Source of the DNA: a virus | Taxonomy: Duplodnaviria; Caudoviricetes | Virus record (IMG/VR): IMGVR_UViG_3300049203_000028 | Location: 1 to 50,412 of that record | Reading direction: 5' to 3' (one strand) | DNA length: 50,412 nt | In this document: in pieces, positions 28,420-37,606 of the stretch | Layout of the letters: each line of letters begins with the position of its first letter | Numbering within the stretch: the stretch's first letter is position 1 | The notes under the pieces: generated by a model | Databases searched by the model: none | The model's input: only the letters and a program-made list of their open reading frames with translations | What the model was told of the DNA's origin: nothing | Made by a program: the position numbers and the translations under genes

Positions 28420-29216
28420 CCGAATTGCGCGCACCTGGGAAGGCCGTCACGCTCAAGCCAGTGCGGCCGAACGTGGGCGTCGAAGTCGCCTATCAACGGG
28501 CGCTGACGGACCTCGTCGACGACATGACCAAATCGATTTTGTACTGGATCAGCGCCGCGTATCGAGCCAACCCGCCAGCTATGGCGATGGACGCGACGCC
28601 GTCCGAAGAACTGCGAAAGGTCATGCGCAAGTTGGCGCGGCGCTGGATTCGATTGTTCGACGAGGCGTCAGTCAAGATCGCGGATGCTTTCGCCACGCAG
28701 GCGCAGGCGCAGGCCGAACGCACCATGGCGAAGGTTCTGAAAGACGCGGGGTTCTCCGTACCGTTCAAGCCAACCCCCGTGATGAAAGACGCGTTCGACT
28801 CCGTGCTCGTTGAGAACGTTGCGTTGATCAAATCGATCCCGTCGCAGCAGTTCACCGCGATCGAGGGCGCCGTCATGCGTAGCGTGCAGGCCGGGCGCGA
28901 CCTCAAGACGTTGCGGGAAGAATTGCTCGCCCTGGGCGCGAAGTCCAAGAATCGTGCGGCGTTGATCGCTCGGGACCAGAACAACAAAGCGACGGCTGTC
29001 GTCACGAAGGCGCGGCGCTTGTCGCTGGGGCTGACCAAGGCGAAATGGCGTCACAGTCGCGGCGGCGTTCACCCGCGAAAATCTCATGTAGAGGCGGACG
29101 GAACGATATATGATGTCAACGTTGGATGCCTGATCGACGGCGAGTACATCATGCCCGGCGAGAAGATCAATTGCCGCTGTACGTCATCGGTCGTCATCCC
29201 TGGAATCGACGACTAA
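28416..29216 (+). CDS. minor head/head morphogenesis protein (MuF/SPP1 gp7-like)
   Basis: RAALIARDQNNK, W.HS...PRKSH, PGEKINCRC. Confidence 0.9.
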   Translation: MTELRAPGKAVTLKPVRPNVGVEVAYQRALTDLVDDMTKSILYWISAAYRANPPAMAMDATPSEELRKVMRKLARRWIRLFDEASVKIADAFATQAQAQAERTMAKVLKDAGFSVPFKPTPVMKDAFDSVLVENVALIKSIPSQQFTAIEGAVMRSVQAGRDLKTLREELLALGAKSKNRAALIARDQNNKATAVVTKARRLSLGLTKAKWRHSRGGVHPRKSHVEADGTIYDVNVGCLIDGEYIMPGEKINCRCTSSVVIPGIDD

Positions 29217-29232
29217 CCACATGGAGAAGAAA

Positions 29233-29328
29233 ATGGCACTCATGATCATTGGCTATCTGTTGTTCGCTGTCGCCCTGGGTGCGCTCGGCGGCATCGTGTC
29301 CGAACATCTCAAGGTTGAGAAAAAATGA
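29233..29328 (+). CDS. micro membrane protein (31 aa)
   Basis: GGAG RBS; MALMIIGYLLFAVALGALGGIVSEHLKVEKK. Confidence 0.55.
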   Translation: MALMIIGYLLFAVALGALGGIVSEHLKVEKK

Positions 29329-29447
29329 ACGTCGACACCCTGTTGGCAATTATCGTTGCCCTGCTGGCCGTAGCGACTTGCGCGTCATCGTTCATCGCGT
29401 ACCGTGAAATCAAGCGGCATCACGACTATCTGAAAGAGATCAAATGA
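29325..29447 (+). CDS. micro membrane protein (40 aa)
   Basis: ATGA overlaps at both ends; LLAIIVALLAVATCASSFIAY. Confidence 0.55.
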   Translation: MNVDTLLAIIVALLAVATCASSFIAYREIKRHHDYLKEIK

Positions 29448-30697
29448 CAGGGATCATCCTTGCAATGGACAAGAGCGCGCGTACGGTCGACAAGTTCGGC
29501 CGGATGTACATCGCCATGTCCAACATTTCGAAGGCGACCGTCAACCCGTATCGCGGGTCGGAGATTCCCGGTTGCGATGCGTTGGGTCTGGACCCTGACC
29601 GCGTCTATATGCTGTTGCGCGACCCCGAGGAACTGAAGAAGGCGGCCGACACGTTCAACAATATCCCGCTGCTCGACCGCCACATCCCCGTGACCGCGCA
29701 GGCGCCGTCGCAAGAGTTCGTCGTGGGTAGCACGGGTACTGATGCGCGGTTTGACGACCCGTTCTTGCGAAATTCGCTGGTCGTCTGGACCGCAACGGCG
29801 ATCGCCGGTATCAACACGAACCAGCAGCGCGAATTGTCGTGCGCGTACAGCTACGATCCGGACATGACGCCCGGCGTCTACGAAGGGAAACCATACGATG
29901 GTATTATGCGCAATATCAGGGGCAACCACGTTGCTCTTGTTGAAGTAGGTCGCGCCGGCCCCGATGTCGTGGTCGGTGATTCTAAACTTTCGGAGAAACC
30001 GAGAATGAAACGAAAACTGTCGACGAACGCCCGCGTCGCCGTCGCTGCCCTGATGGGTGCGATCCGGCCGGTGCTGGCTCAAGACGCGCAAATCGGGGAC
30101 TTGACCGCCATCGTCGGCAGTGTCAAGTCCCTGAAGCCCGCGAAAGTTCAACAATCCATCGTGGCTGCTGTCACCAAGGAATACGGCGACAAGCTGGCGC
30201 AAGACGCCACGCTCGACCACGTCGCCCCGCTGCTGCTGCAACTGGCGCAGGACGAGGAAGACGACGAACCGCCGAAGAAGGAAGTCACCGACGCCAACGA
30301 CGAAGACGATGACGAAGACGATGACGAGAAGAAGGACAAGCCCGTCGCCATGGATGCCGCGATCAACGCAGCCGTCGCAAAGGCGCAAGCCGAGACCGTC
30401 GCCCGTATGCAGGCCATCCACCAAGCCGAACGCGACGTCGAACCGTACGTCGGCCGCCTCGCAGTGGCGATGGACAGCGCCGAATCGGTCTACAAAGTGG
30501 CGCTCGACGCCGCGAAAGTGGACCTGACCGACGTCCATCCGTCCGCATATAAGGCCATGGTCCGCATGCTGCCGAAACCGGGCAGCGAAGTCTCGTCGAC
30601 CCAAACCCGCACGGGTATTGCCCAAGATGCAGCCATGGGCGCCGCGTCGTTCAACGCGCTGTTTGCCGGCGCTTCGAAAATGAAAGGTGGTGTGTGA
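29444..30697 (+). CDS. DUF2213 prohead protease/scaffold protein
   Basis: [31 protein letters not shown]; acidic scaffold-like C-terminal half. Confidence 0.88.
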   Translation: MTGIILAMDKSARTVDKFGRMYIAMSNISKATVNPYRGSEIPGCDALGLDPDRVYMLLRDPEELKKAADTFNNIPLLDRHIPVTAQAPSQEFVVGSTGTDARFDDPFLRNSLVVWTATAIAGINTNQQRELSCAYSYDPDMTPGVYEGKPYDGIMRNIRGNHVALVEVGRAGPDVVVGDSKLSEKPRMKRKLSTNARVAVAALMGAIRPVLAQDAQIGDLTAIVGSVKSLKPAKVQQSIVAAVTKEYGDKLAQDATLDHVAPLLLQLAQDEEDDEPPKKEVTDANDEDDDEDDDEKKDKPVAMDAAINAAVAKAQAETVARMQAIHQAERDVEPYVGRLAVAMDSAESVYKVALDAAKVDLTDVHPSAYKAMVRMLPKPGSEVSSTQTRTGIAQDAAMGAASFNALFAGASKMKGGV

Positions 30698-31422
30698 TGC
30701 CCTTCCAAAAACAAGTCAATCTGCAGCCCGCACCGGGCGTCGAAGGCGCTATCGCGAGCGGCAACCCGCCCGTCACCTACGTGACCGGCCCTGGCGGTCT
30801 GATCAGCGGCGCGAACGGCGTCATTGTCGGCCGATTCGGTTACGCGTCGTACCAATCGGACGGCAGCGAACGCGTCGACAACTCGTCGTACCTCGTCGCG
30901 AACGGCGTCGACCGCACGTCGGCCATGGGCTTCATCGCCAACATGCAGCAGGCGCTCAACACGGTGTACCTGTCCGAAGCCGGCATGTCGATGCTGCCAT
31001 GGCAATCGATGGAACTGTTCACCCGTGGCGACTTCTGGGCGAAGATGGGTTCGACCGCGACCCGTGGCCAAAAGGTCTTCGCGTCCCTGATCGACGGCAG
31101 CATCCAGGCCGCAGCGCCGGGCGCAACGGTCGCCGCGTTCGTGGGTACGGCATCGTTCGCAACGAACGTCATGACCGTAACCGCCGTGACTTCCGGTACG
31201 GTCAAGGTCGGGCAGCAGGTGACGGGCGCGGGTATCCCGGCTAACACCTACGTTACCGCCCTGGGCACCGGCACGGGTGGTGCTGGCACGTACACGCTGT
31301 CGACATCGCCGGGCACCATCTCGGCCCAGGCGACCACGACTGCCGAGTACGTCGAAACCAAGTTCCGCGTCCTGTCGACTGCGGCGTCCGGCGAGATCGC
31401 CAAAATCGGCTTCGGAGACTAA
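30697..31422 (+). CDS. head decoration/cement protein with inserted beta-rich domain
   Basis: [20 protein letters not shown]; lies between protease and capsid genes. Confidence 0.75.
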   Translation: MPFQKQVNLQPAPGVEGAIASGNPPVTYVTGPGGLISGANGVIVGRFGYASYQSDGSERVDNSSYLVANGVDRTSAMGFIANMQQALNTVYLSEAGMSMLPWQSMELFTRGDFWAKMGSTATRGQKVFASLIDGSIQAAAPGATVAAFVGTASFATNVMTVTAVTSGTVKVGQQVTGAGIPANTYVTALGTGTGGAGTYTLSTSPGTISAQATTTAEYVETKFRVLSTAASGEIAKIGFGD

Positions 31423-31425
31423 ACC

Positions 31426-32511
31426 ATGCCCCTCAACATCGAACAACTCAACGCTCTGAGCCCGGCGCAACAACTGGCCGTCATCGGTCAAGCTGCGCGC
31501 ACGTACGGCATCCACTTCCACCAAGCGGGCGCCGTGCAGGGCTTCATTCCGTCGCATCTGGCGATGGACGCAGACCTCGCGATGGACGCCCTGCCGCAAC
31601 TGGTCACGACCACGTCGAGCGGCGTCCCTGCATTCCTGACGAACTACGTCGACCCGAAGCTGATCGAAATTCTGGTCTCGCCGAACAAGGCCGCTCAAAT
31701 CCTGGGCGAGAACCAAAAAGGCGACTGGACGACCCCGACCGCGTTCTTCCCGGTCGTGGAATCGGCCGGTGAAGTCTCGTCGTACGGCGACTACAGCACG
31801 AACGGCGAAGTGACCGCAAACACCAACTGGCCGCAACGCCAGTCGTACCACTATCAGACCGTCACGCAGTGGGGCGAGCGCGAACTGGACCAGATGGGCA
31901 AAGGTCGCATCGACTGGGCATCGCGCCTGAACATCGCGTCGGCGATGATCATGAACAAGTTCCAGAACAAGACGTACTTCTACGGCGTCGCCGGCCTGCA
32001 AAACTACGGCATCCTGAACGACCCGTCGCTCGTCGCTCCGATCAGCCCGATCGCTAAGACTGGCGGTGGCTTCCTGTGGACCAGCGTCTCGGCCAATCTG
32101 GCGAACGAAATCTACCAGGACATCGAAAACCTGTTCCTGCAACTGGTCAGCCAGTCGAACGGCGTGATCGAGATGGACATTTCGTGCAAACTGGTCATGT
32201 CGCCGAAGCGTCAAGTTGCGCTGACCACGACCAACCAGTACAACGTGAACGTGCTCGACCTGCTGAAGAAGAACTTCCCGAACATGTCGATCGAGACCGC
32301 CCCGGAATATTCGACCGCTTCGGGCGAACTGGTGCAACTGATCGTCGAATCGGTCGAAGGCCAAGACACCGGCTACTGCGCGTTCACCGAGAAGATGCGC
32401 GCGCACGCGGTCGAGCGCAAGACCTCGTCGTTCCTGCAGAAGAAGTCGGGCGGCACCTGGGGCGCAATCATTCTCCAACCGTTCGCAATCGCCCAACTCC
32501 TGGGCGTGTAA
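31426..32511 (+). CDS. major capsid protein (DUF2184-like)
   Basis: [19 protein letters not shown]...[14 protein letters not shown]; followed by terminator. Confidence 0.9.
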   Translation: MPLNIEQLNALSPAQQLAVIGQAARTYGIHFHQAGAVQGFIPSHLAMDADLAMDALPQLVTTTSSGVPAFLTNYVDPKLIEILVSPNKAAQILGENQKGDWTTPTAFFPVVESAGEVSSYGDYSTNGEVTANTNWPQRQSYHYQTVTQWGERELDQMGKGRIDWASRLNIASAMIMNKFQNKTYFYGVAGLQNYGILNDPSLVAPISPIAKTGGGFLWTSVSANLANEIYQDIENLFLQLVSQSNGVIEMDISCKLVMSPKRQVALTTTNQYNVNVLDLLKKNFPNMSIETAPEYSTASGELVQLIVESVEGQDTGYCAFTEKMRAHAVERKTSSFLQKKSGGTWGAIILQPFAIAQLLGV

Positions 32512-32519
32512 GCGACGAC

Positions 32520-32547
32520 CGCCCCGGCTTGCGCAGCGGGGCGTTTT
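32520..32547 (+). terminator. Rho-independent terminator after capsid gene
   Basis: CGCCCC/GGGGCG stem followed by TTTT. Confidence 0.7.
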
Positions 32548-32571
32548 CACCCTCCCACAAGGAAAATAATC

Positions 32572-32997
32572 ATGGCAACTGTTCTGATTGGCTGCAAACT
32601 CCCGCACGGTGTCGTCCTCAAGGGTTCGGCCGGACAAGACATCAAGCTCAACGGCGTGAACACGGCGCTTGTTGCTGGCGGCTTCGGTATCACCCACGTG
32701 GAAGAAAACGAAGCGGCGTATCTGTTCGCCGTGTACGAAGAGTTCGCACCGTTCAAATCGAACGCAGTGTTCACGTACAACACGTCCAAGGTTTCCGACC
32801 TGAAGTCGATCGCCGCTGAACTGTCGGACGTCCCGACCGGCTTCGAAGGCGTCGACCCGCAGAACCCGGCGCAAGGTCTGAAACCGGACGCCAGCGTCGA
32901 CAAGCAACTCGCGGCGGCCGAACAGCAGCAACGCCCGAGCAAAGCGCCGGCCGCACCGGCTGACAAGGCCGCAGCAAACGAACTGGCGGGCGCGTAA
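32572..32997 (+). CDS. conserved virion-associated protein
   Basis: AAGGA RBS; VLIGCKLPHG...GFGIT...TGFEG. Confidence 0.75.
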   Translation: MATVLIGCKLPHGVVLKGSAGQDIKLNGVNTALVAGGFGITHVEENEAAYLFAVYEEFAPFKSNAVFTYNTSKVSDLKSIAAELSDVPTGFEGVDPQNPAQGLKPDASVDKQLAAAEQQQRPSKAPAAPADKAAANELAGA

Positions 32998-33413
32998 TGA
33001 GCGCGGGCGCCGTCGTCTTCGATCCCGTCGCGTTCGCCGCGCGGTATCCCCAATTCGCCAACGTGAGCACGCAATTGCTGCAGGCGTTCTTTGACGAAGC
33101 GGCGGCGCTCTACCTGAACAACAGCGCGCGCAGCATCGTACGAGACCTGTCCGAGCGGGCTATTCTGCTGAACATGGTCGTCGCGCACCTGGGCACGCTG
33201 TCGGGCGTTCTGACCCCCGCCGGGCAGGGCTCGACAGCAACGCAAGTCGGCCGCGTGTCGAGCGCGTCAGAGGGCAGCGTGTCCGCATCAATGGACATGG
33301 GTCAGCAGTCCAAGAACGCCGCGTTCTGGCTGCAAACTCAATACGGTGCGACGTTCTGGCAGGCGACGGCGAAATACCGCACCATGCGGTACGTTCTCCC
33401 GCGCAGGTGCTGA
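32997..33413 (+). CDS. head-tail adaptor (DUF4054-like)
   Basis: FAARYPQF, GRVSSASEGSVS, QTQYGATFW. Confidence 0.85.
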   Translation: MSAGAVVFDPVAFAARYPQFANVSTQLLQAFFDEAAALYLNNSARSIVRDLSERAILLNMVVAHLGTLSGVLTPAGQGSTATQVGRVSSASEGSVSASMDMGQQSKNAAFWLQTQYGATFWQATAKYRTMRYVLPRRC

Positions 33414-33414
33414 C

Positions 33415-33957
33415 GTGGCGGCCGGTCTGAGCGGGGGCGACAAGCTGCGCGCCAAACTGGCCGAGATCGCGAAACAGATCGAAGGCAAGCATGAACTGCG
33501 CGTCGGGTTCCTTGAGGGCGCGACGTATCCAGACGAGGCGGGCACGCCGGTTGCGACCGTCGCATGGTGGCTGAACTACGGCACCAAGACCGCCCCGCCC
33601 CGCCCGTTCTTTACGAACATGGTCAAGACCAAGTCGGACAAATGGGGCGACGAACTGGCGGTCATCCTTCAACAAAACGATTTTGACGTCGACGCGGCGC
33701 TGCGGATCATGGGTGAGCGCATCAGCGGCCAGCTACGCGACGCCATCGTCGAACTTGACGCCCCGGCGCTGTCGCCAATCACCCTCATGCTGCGCAAGAT
33801 GCGCCACGACGACCCGCATTTGATCGTCACGGGTGCGACGGTCGGCGAGGCTGCGCGCCGCGTGGCGGCCGGCGAAAGTACGTCCCCGGCGTCGACGAAG
33901 GTCGGCGTTTTTACCGGGCACATGCTCAACAGCATTGATTACGAGGTCAAACCGTGA
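33415..33957 (+). CDS. neck/tail completion protein
   Basis: LRVGFLEGATYPD, YGT...PPRPFF, TGHMLNSI; GTG start inferred. Confidence 0.8.
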   Translation: MAAGLSGGDKLRAKLAEIAKQIEGKHELRVGFLEGATYPDEAGTPVATVAWWLNYGTKTAPPRPFFTNMVKTKSDKWGDELAVILQQNDFDVDAALRIMGERISGQLRDAIVELDAPALSPITLMLRKMRHDDPHLIVTGATVGEAARRVAAGESTSPASTKVGVFTGHMLNSIDYEVKP

Positions 33958-34325
33958 ACTTACATCAACTCGTCCGGGGCGTCGTTGGCGCAGTCAACCC
34001 GGACATCCCCGTGACGATCAAACCGAGCGCGGGCGCTGCGGAAGACGACACCGGGCGCGCGGTTCCGGCGTACGGGCCGACCATCCAGACGAGCGGGCAG
34101 AAACAGCCGATCACCGGTCGCGATATCGAGCGATTCCAGCAGCAAAATATTCAGGGCGTGACGTGTAAAATGCATCTGAACGGCAATTTCGAAGGACTGT
34201 TCCGCGTGCTCGGCAAAGGCGGCGATCTGCTGCAGTTTGAAGGGCGAACGTTTCTCGTCGCGAGCGTCATGGAACGGTGGCCGGACTGGTGCTGCGTCGC
34301 CCTCACTATGCAACTTGATCAATAG
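33954..34325 (+). CDS. head closure/head-tail joining protein
   Basis: MNLHQLVRG...VNP, KGGDLL, ERWPDWC. Confidence 0.8.
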   Translation: MNLHQLVRGVVGAVNPDIPVTIKPSAGAAEDDTGRAVPAYGPTIQTSGQKQPITGRDIERFQQQNIQGVTCKMHLNGNFEGLFRVLGKGGDLLQFEGRTFLVASVMERWPDWCCVALTMQLDQ

Positions 34326-34333
34326 GACCAATC

Positions 34334-34732
34334 ATGGCAATCACCCAAGCATTCCCGAACGCTTCCAAGCTCGAAGCCCTGCAGGCGTTGTGCCCGTCCG
34401 GCAGCACGTACAAGCTCGCCCTGTACACGTCGGCCGCCACGCTGGATAAGACGGCGACGACCTACTCGACGACGAACGAGGTCAGCGGCACCGGCTACAC
34501 CGCCGGCGGCGCGACCCTGACCGGATACAGCGCAGCCATGAGCGGCGACGCCGCGCAACTGACGTTCGCGTCGCCGTCCTGGGCGAACTCGACGATCACG
34601 GCGGCCGGTGCGGTCATTTACGATTCCGGCAGCGGCAAGATTCGCGGCGTGTTCAGCTTCGGCGGCAACATCACGTCGACGAACGGCACGTTCACCGCGA
34701 CGATTCCGGCCAACGTTATTTCGATCACCTGA
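34334..34732 (+). CDS. small beta-rich virion protein (candidate fibre bead subunit)
   Basis: AGGA RBS; YKLALYTS...NEVSGTGYTAGG...GAVIY...NGTFT. Confidence 0.7.
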   Translation: MAITQAFPNASKLEALQALCPSGSTYKLALYTSAATLDKTATTYSTTNEVSGTGYTAGGATLTGYSAAMSGDAAQLTFASPSWANSTITAAGAVIYDSGSGKIRGVFSFGGNITSTNGTFTATIPANVISIT

Positions 34733-34734
34733 CC

Positions 34735-35190
34735 ATGACGCCCGCCGAACTGGCGGTTCTGGCCGCCGAAATCAACGAAGACCCGCTCACCCTGGGATAC
34801 GCCTCGCACCTGCCGGGCGATCCGCAACGCGTTGTCGACCTGCTGACGGAACAGAAATACAGCATGGTCAAATCGCGATACGTGACCGCGCGTACGATCA
34901 TGGCGGAATGCGAAGACGGCGCGGCGATCCTGGACGCCCTGCAGACGCTTTCCGGTACGATCAGCGCCGTCAAATGGATGATGACGTTCTTGCAGCAAAA
35001 TTCCGGCATTGACGCGGGCCATCCAAAGACGCAAAAAAACATCGACGATCTCGCGGCGACCGGTAAGCTGAACGGGGCGTACGCTAACGAATTGAAGCAA
35101 ATCGCGGTGCAACCTGCCGCGCGCTTCGAAGTTATCGGCACCCCTGAACCTACCGCGCGCGACATCGTCCTCGCAACGGAGATTCAATAA
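34735..35190 (+). CDS. hypothetical protein in neck fibre cassette
   Basis: Coupled ORF; LAAEINEDPLTLGY. Confidence 0.7.
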   Translation: MTPAELAVLAAEINEDPLTLGYASHLPGDPQRVVDLLTEQKYSMVKSRYVTARTIMAECEDGAAILDALQTLSGTISAVKWMMTFLQQNSGIDAGHPKTQKNIDDLAATGKLNGAYANELKQIAVQPAARFEVIGTPEPTARDIVLATEIQ

Positions 35191-35675
35191 TGGCAGGCTC
35201 TATCCGTCTTCAAGAAGGCGCAATCCAAACGATCACGAGTACCGGCGCTGCGGCTACGTCCGGTTCTGCGATCCTGGCCGGAACGCTCGACACGCGCAGC
35301 GTCGCGGCGGCTGCAACGGCTGATATGTTCGCCGCGATGTTCAGTCTTACGGCGCAATGGGCAACCATCACCGGCATTGCGGCGAACACGACCATTGCTG
35401 ACCTGTACCTCGTGCCCGCGATTGATGGTACGAACTTCCCAGACGTGGACCTGACGAGCGGTGCTAGTTTCATCGCGTATCCGTACCGCGTGGGGTCGTT
35501 CGTGGCGTCCAAAGCTCCGACTGCAAATACGAACATGTTGTTCGGCACGGCGAGTATGGTTCCGGTAGAACTGTTCCCGTCCCTCTACAACGTCTACATC
35601 CTGAACAGGTCCAGCCAATCGATTTCCGCAAACTGGACCCTTAAAGCTCAAGCTGCCGGCGCGCAGTACACGTAA
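35190..35675 (+). CDS. beta-rich virion protein in neck fibre cassette
   Basis: GGAG RBS, TAATG coupling; LYLVPAIDGTNF. Confidence 0.7.
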   Translation: MAGSIRLQEGAIQTITSTGAAATSGSAILAGTLDTRSVAAAATADMFAAMFSLTAQWATITGIAANTTIADLYLVPAIDGTNFPDVDLTSGASFIAYPYRVGSFVASKAPTANTNMLFGTASMVPVELFPSLYNVYILNRSSQSISANWTLKAQAAGAQYT

Positions 35676-37603
35676 TGGCTGCGCTCGTCGCAAAGCGTGT
35701 GCGAACCACGCAGCCGCAGCCAGGGGAAGCGGCCCTAATTGATTGGAACAATCCGATCACGCGGGACATGACCGTTTGCTTAACGCATGCGGATCAAGCG
35801 TACGGGTATGCCTATTCGCTGTCGGGCGGCGCCCCTAGCGTTTTGAACAACGTGCCGTTCAACGCAGCAGGGTCGCAAGCGAACACGAGTCAAGGCACGG
35901 GTGCAAAGTCGTCGGGCACATCCTCGCTATACAGCCTGAACTCAATCGGTTCAATTAACTCGCCGAACTACAGTCTGTTTGCCTTTGCGTCATGTGGGTC
36001 CGCCAGCGTGACGCAAAGCGCGTTGGACATGGACAACAGTTCTGAGCGGTATTTCCAGTTCCGCATCGTCAACGGCAAGGTCGACTTCATCCCGTTTAAC
36101 TCGGCCATGAATGCCGCAACAGGTGAGGCGATTGCGCCTGTTGCAATGACCGTCGCGGAGATGTCGCGCGGCTTCACGATGGGCGCAACGGCCAGCCCGA
36201 CGCGCACCGCGTGCTTCCAAAACGGTAGCATCACCGTGGGCGCACCGTCTGCAATGAAGACGCCGAACACGTTGATCCCGATCGCTGTCGGCTCACGTTC
36301 AACCGGCACGCAGGTATGGTCAAACGGCTCGCTGATGCTGATCGTCGCCTGGACGCGCACGCTCGCTGATGCCGAAATGCAGTCGCTCGCGGACAACCCG
36401 TGGCAACTGTTCAAGCCGAAGCAACGCCACCTTTACATGGTGTCGCCTGCCGCCTCTGGCGACGGGACGGCCCCCGTAACCGGCGTATCGGCGACATCCG
36501 GCGTCGCCAGCGTGAGCGCATCGGGCGACGCGTCAGTTGGTGTTACTGGCGTCCAGGCGGCGACCGGTGCTGCAACCATCGCGGCGACCGGTGGCGCAGG
36601 CGTGAGTGTCACGGGGGTCTCTGTCGGATCGACCGTCGCCAGCGTACCTGCAACCGGTGGCGCGTCAACGACCATGGCCGGCGTATCGGCTGCATCCGGG
36701 GTCGGCACCGTGGCGGCCACTGGCGGCGCGAATACAGCCCTTACAGGCGTTTCGGCGGCGTCGGCAGTGGGAACCATCGCCGCGTCGGCTGGCGGCAGCG
36801 CCACGGCCCCAATAAGCGGCGTATCGGCCGCATCCGGGGTCGCCAGCGTGGCCGCCAGTGGCGGCGCTACGGTGTCCCTGGGCACGACGTACAGTCAAGG
36901 CAAGGTCGACGTCGTCGACGCGGGCGGCGGCGCAACGAGCGTTACGATCGCGGTGAGCGCTGCGGCGTCTGTCGGCACGATTACCGCATCGGGTACGACC
37001 GGAAGCGCTACCGCGAACTTGCAGGGCGTCACAGCGACGGCAGCAGTCGGCACGGTCTCGGCGACTGGAACGCGGACGGCAATCGAAGTGAACGTCACCG
37101 AAGACATGATCTGTCGCGCGGTGCGGGCGTACATCAAGAGCATTGCACCGACGTTGTCCGTCCAGCGTACCCCCGTGAACCGCGCGTCGATGCCGAACGG
37201 CGCGTATGTGTCGTTCACGCCCGGATTGCGCCGCGCGCTGTCGACGAATCGTGCGTTCAACGACGCCAACTCGCGCACCGTCGACCGGCCCGAGCAAATG
37301 TCGTTTCAGATCGATTGCTATGGTGCGGGCTCGGCGGAACTGGCCGAAACACTCAACGTGCTGTACCGCGACGTGTACGCGTGCGACCTGTTCGCAGGGC
37401 TCGGATTCGACGGCGCACCGCTGTACGCTGGCGACATCCAACAGGCGCCGTATGTGAACGATGCAGACCAGTATGAGGACCGGTACACGTTCGAAATTGA
37501 ATTGCAGATCAACTCACGCGTAATCGTACCGCTTCAATCCTGTAATATCTTGGGTATCAATCTGGTATCGGTTGACGCAAACTTCCCACCAACAGAGGAA
37601 TAA
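35675..37603 (+). CDS. fusion of LamG/ConA-like domain, 22-aa repeat stalk and tail terminator
   Basis: IDWNNP...WTRTLADAEMQSLADNPWQ; GVSA repeats; C-terminal QIDCYG, PLYA and QYEDRY just upstream of the sheath gene. Confidence 0.8.
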   Translation: MAALVAKRVRTTQPQPGEAALIDWNNPITRDMTVCLTHADQAYGYAYSLSGGAPSVLNNVPFNAAGSQANTSQGTGAKSSGTSSLYSLNSIGSINSPNYSLFAFASCGSASVTQSALDMDNSSERYFQFRIVNGKVDFIPFNSAMNAATGEAIAPVAMTVAEMSRGFTMGATASPTRTACFQNGSITVGAPSAMKTPNTLIPIAVGSRSTGTQVWSNGSLMLIVAWTRTLADAEMQSLADNPWQLFKPKQRHLYMVSPAASGDGTAPVTGVSATSGVASVSASGDASVGVTGVQAATGAATIAATGGAGVSVTGVSVGSTVASVPATGGASTTMAGVSAASGVGTVAATGGANTALTGVSAASAVGTIAASAGGSATAPISGVSAASGVASVAASGGATVSLGTTYSQGKVDVVDAGGGATSVTIAVSAAASVGTITASGTTGSATANLQGVTATAAVGTVSATGTRTAIEVNVTEDMICRAVRAYIKSIAPTLSVQRTPVNRASMPNGAYVSFTPGLRRALSTNRAFNDANSRTVDRPEQMSFQIDCYGAGSAELAETLNVLYRDVYACDLFAGLGFDGAPLYAGDIQQAPYVNDADQYEDRYTFEIELQINSRVIVPLQSCNILGINLVSVDANFPPTEE

Positions 37604-37606
37604 ACC

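Noticed and set aside
30490-32931. 813-aa minus-strand ORF and similar long antisense ORFs (24915-26702, 29426-30625, 37682-39160, 6751-8349, 5098-6525)
   Set aside because: Shadows of well-supported genes caused by GC-rich codon bias; no RBS or recognisable motifs
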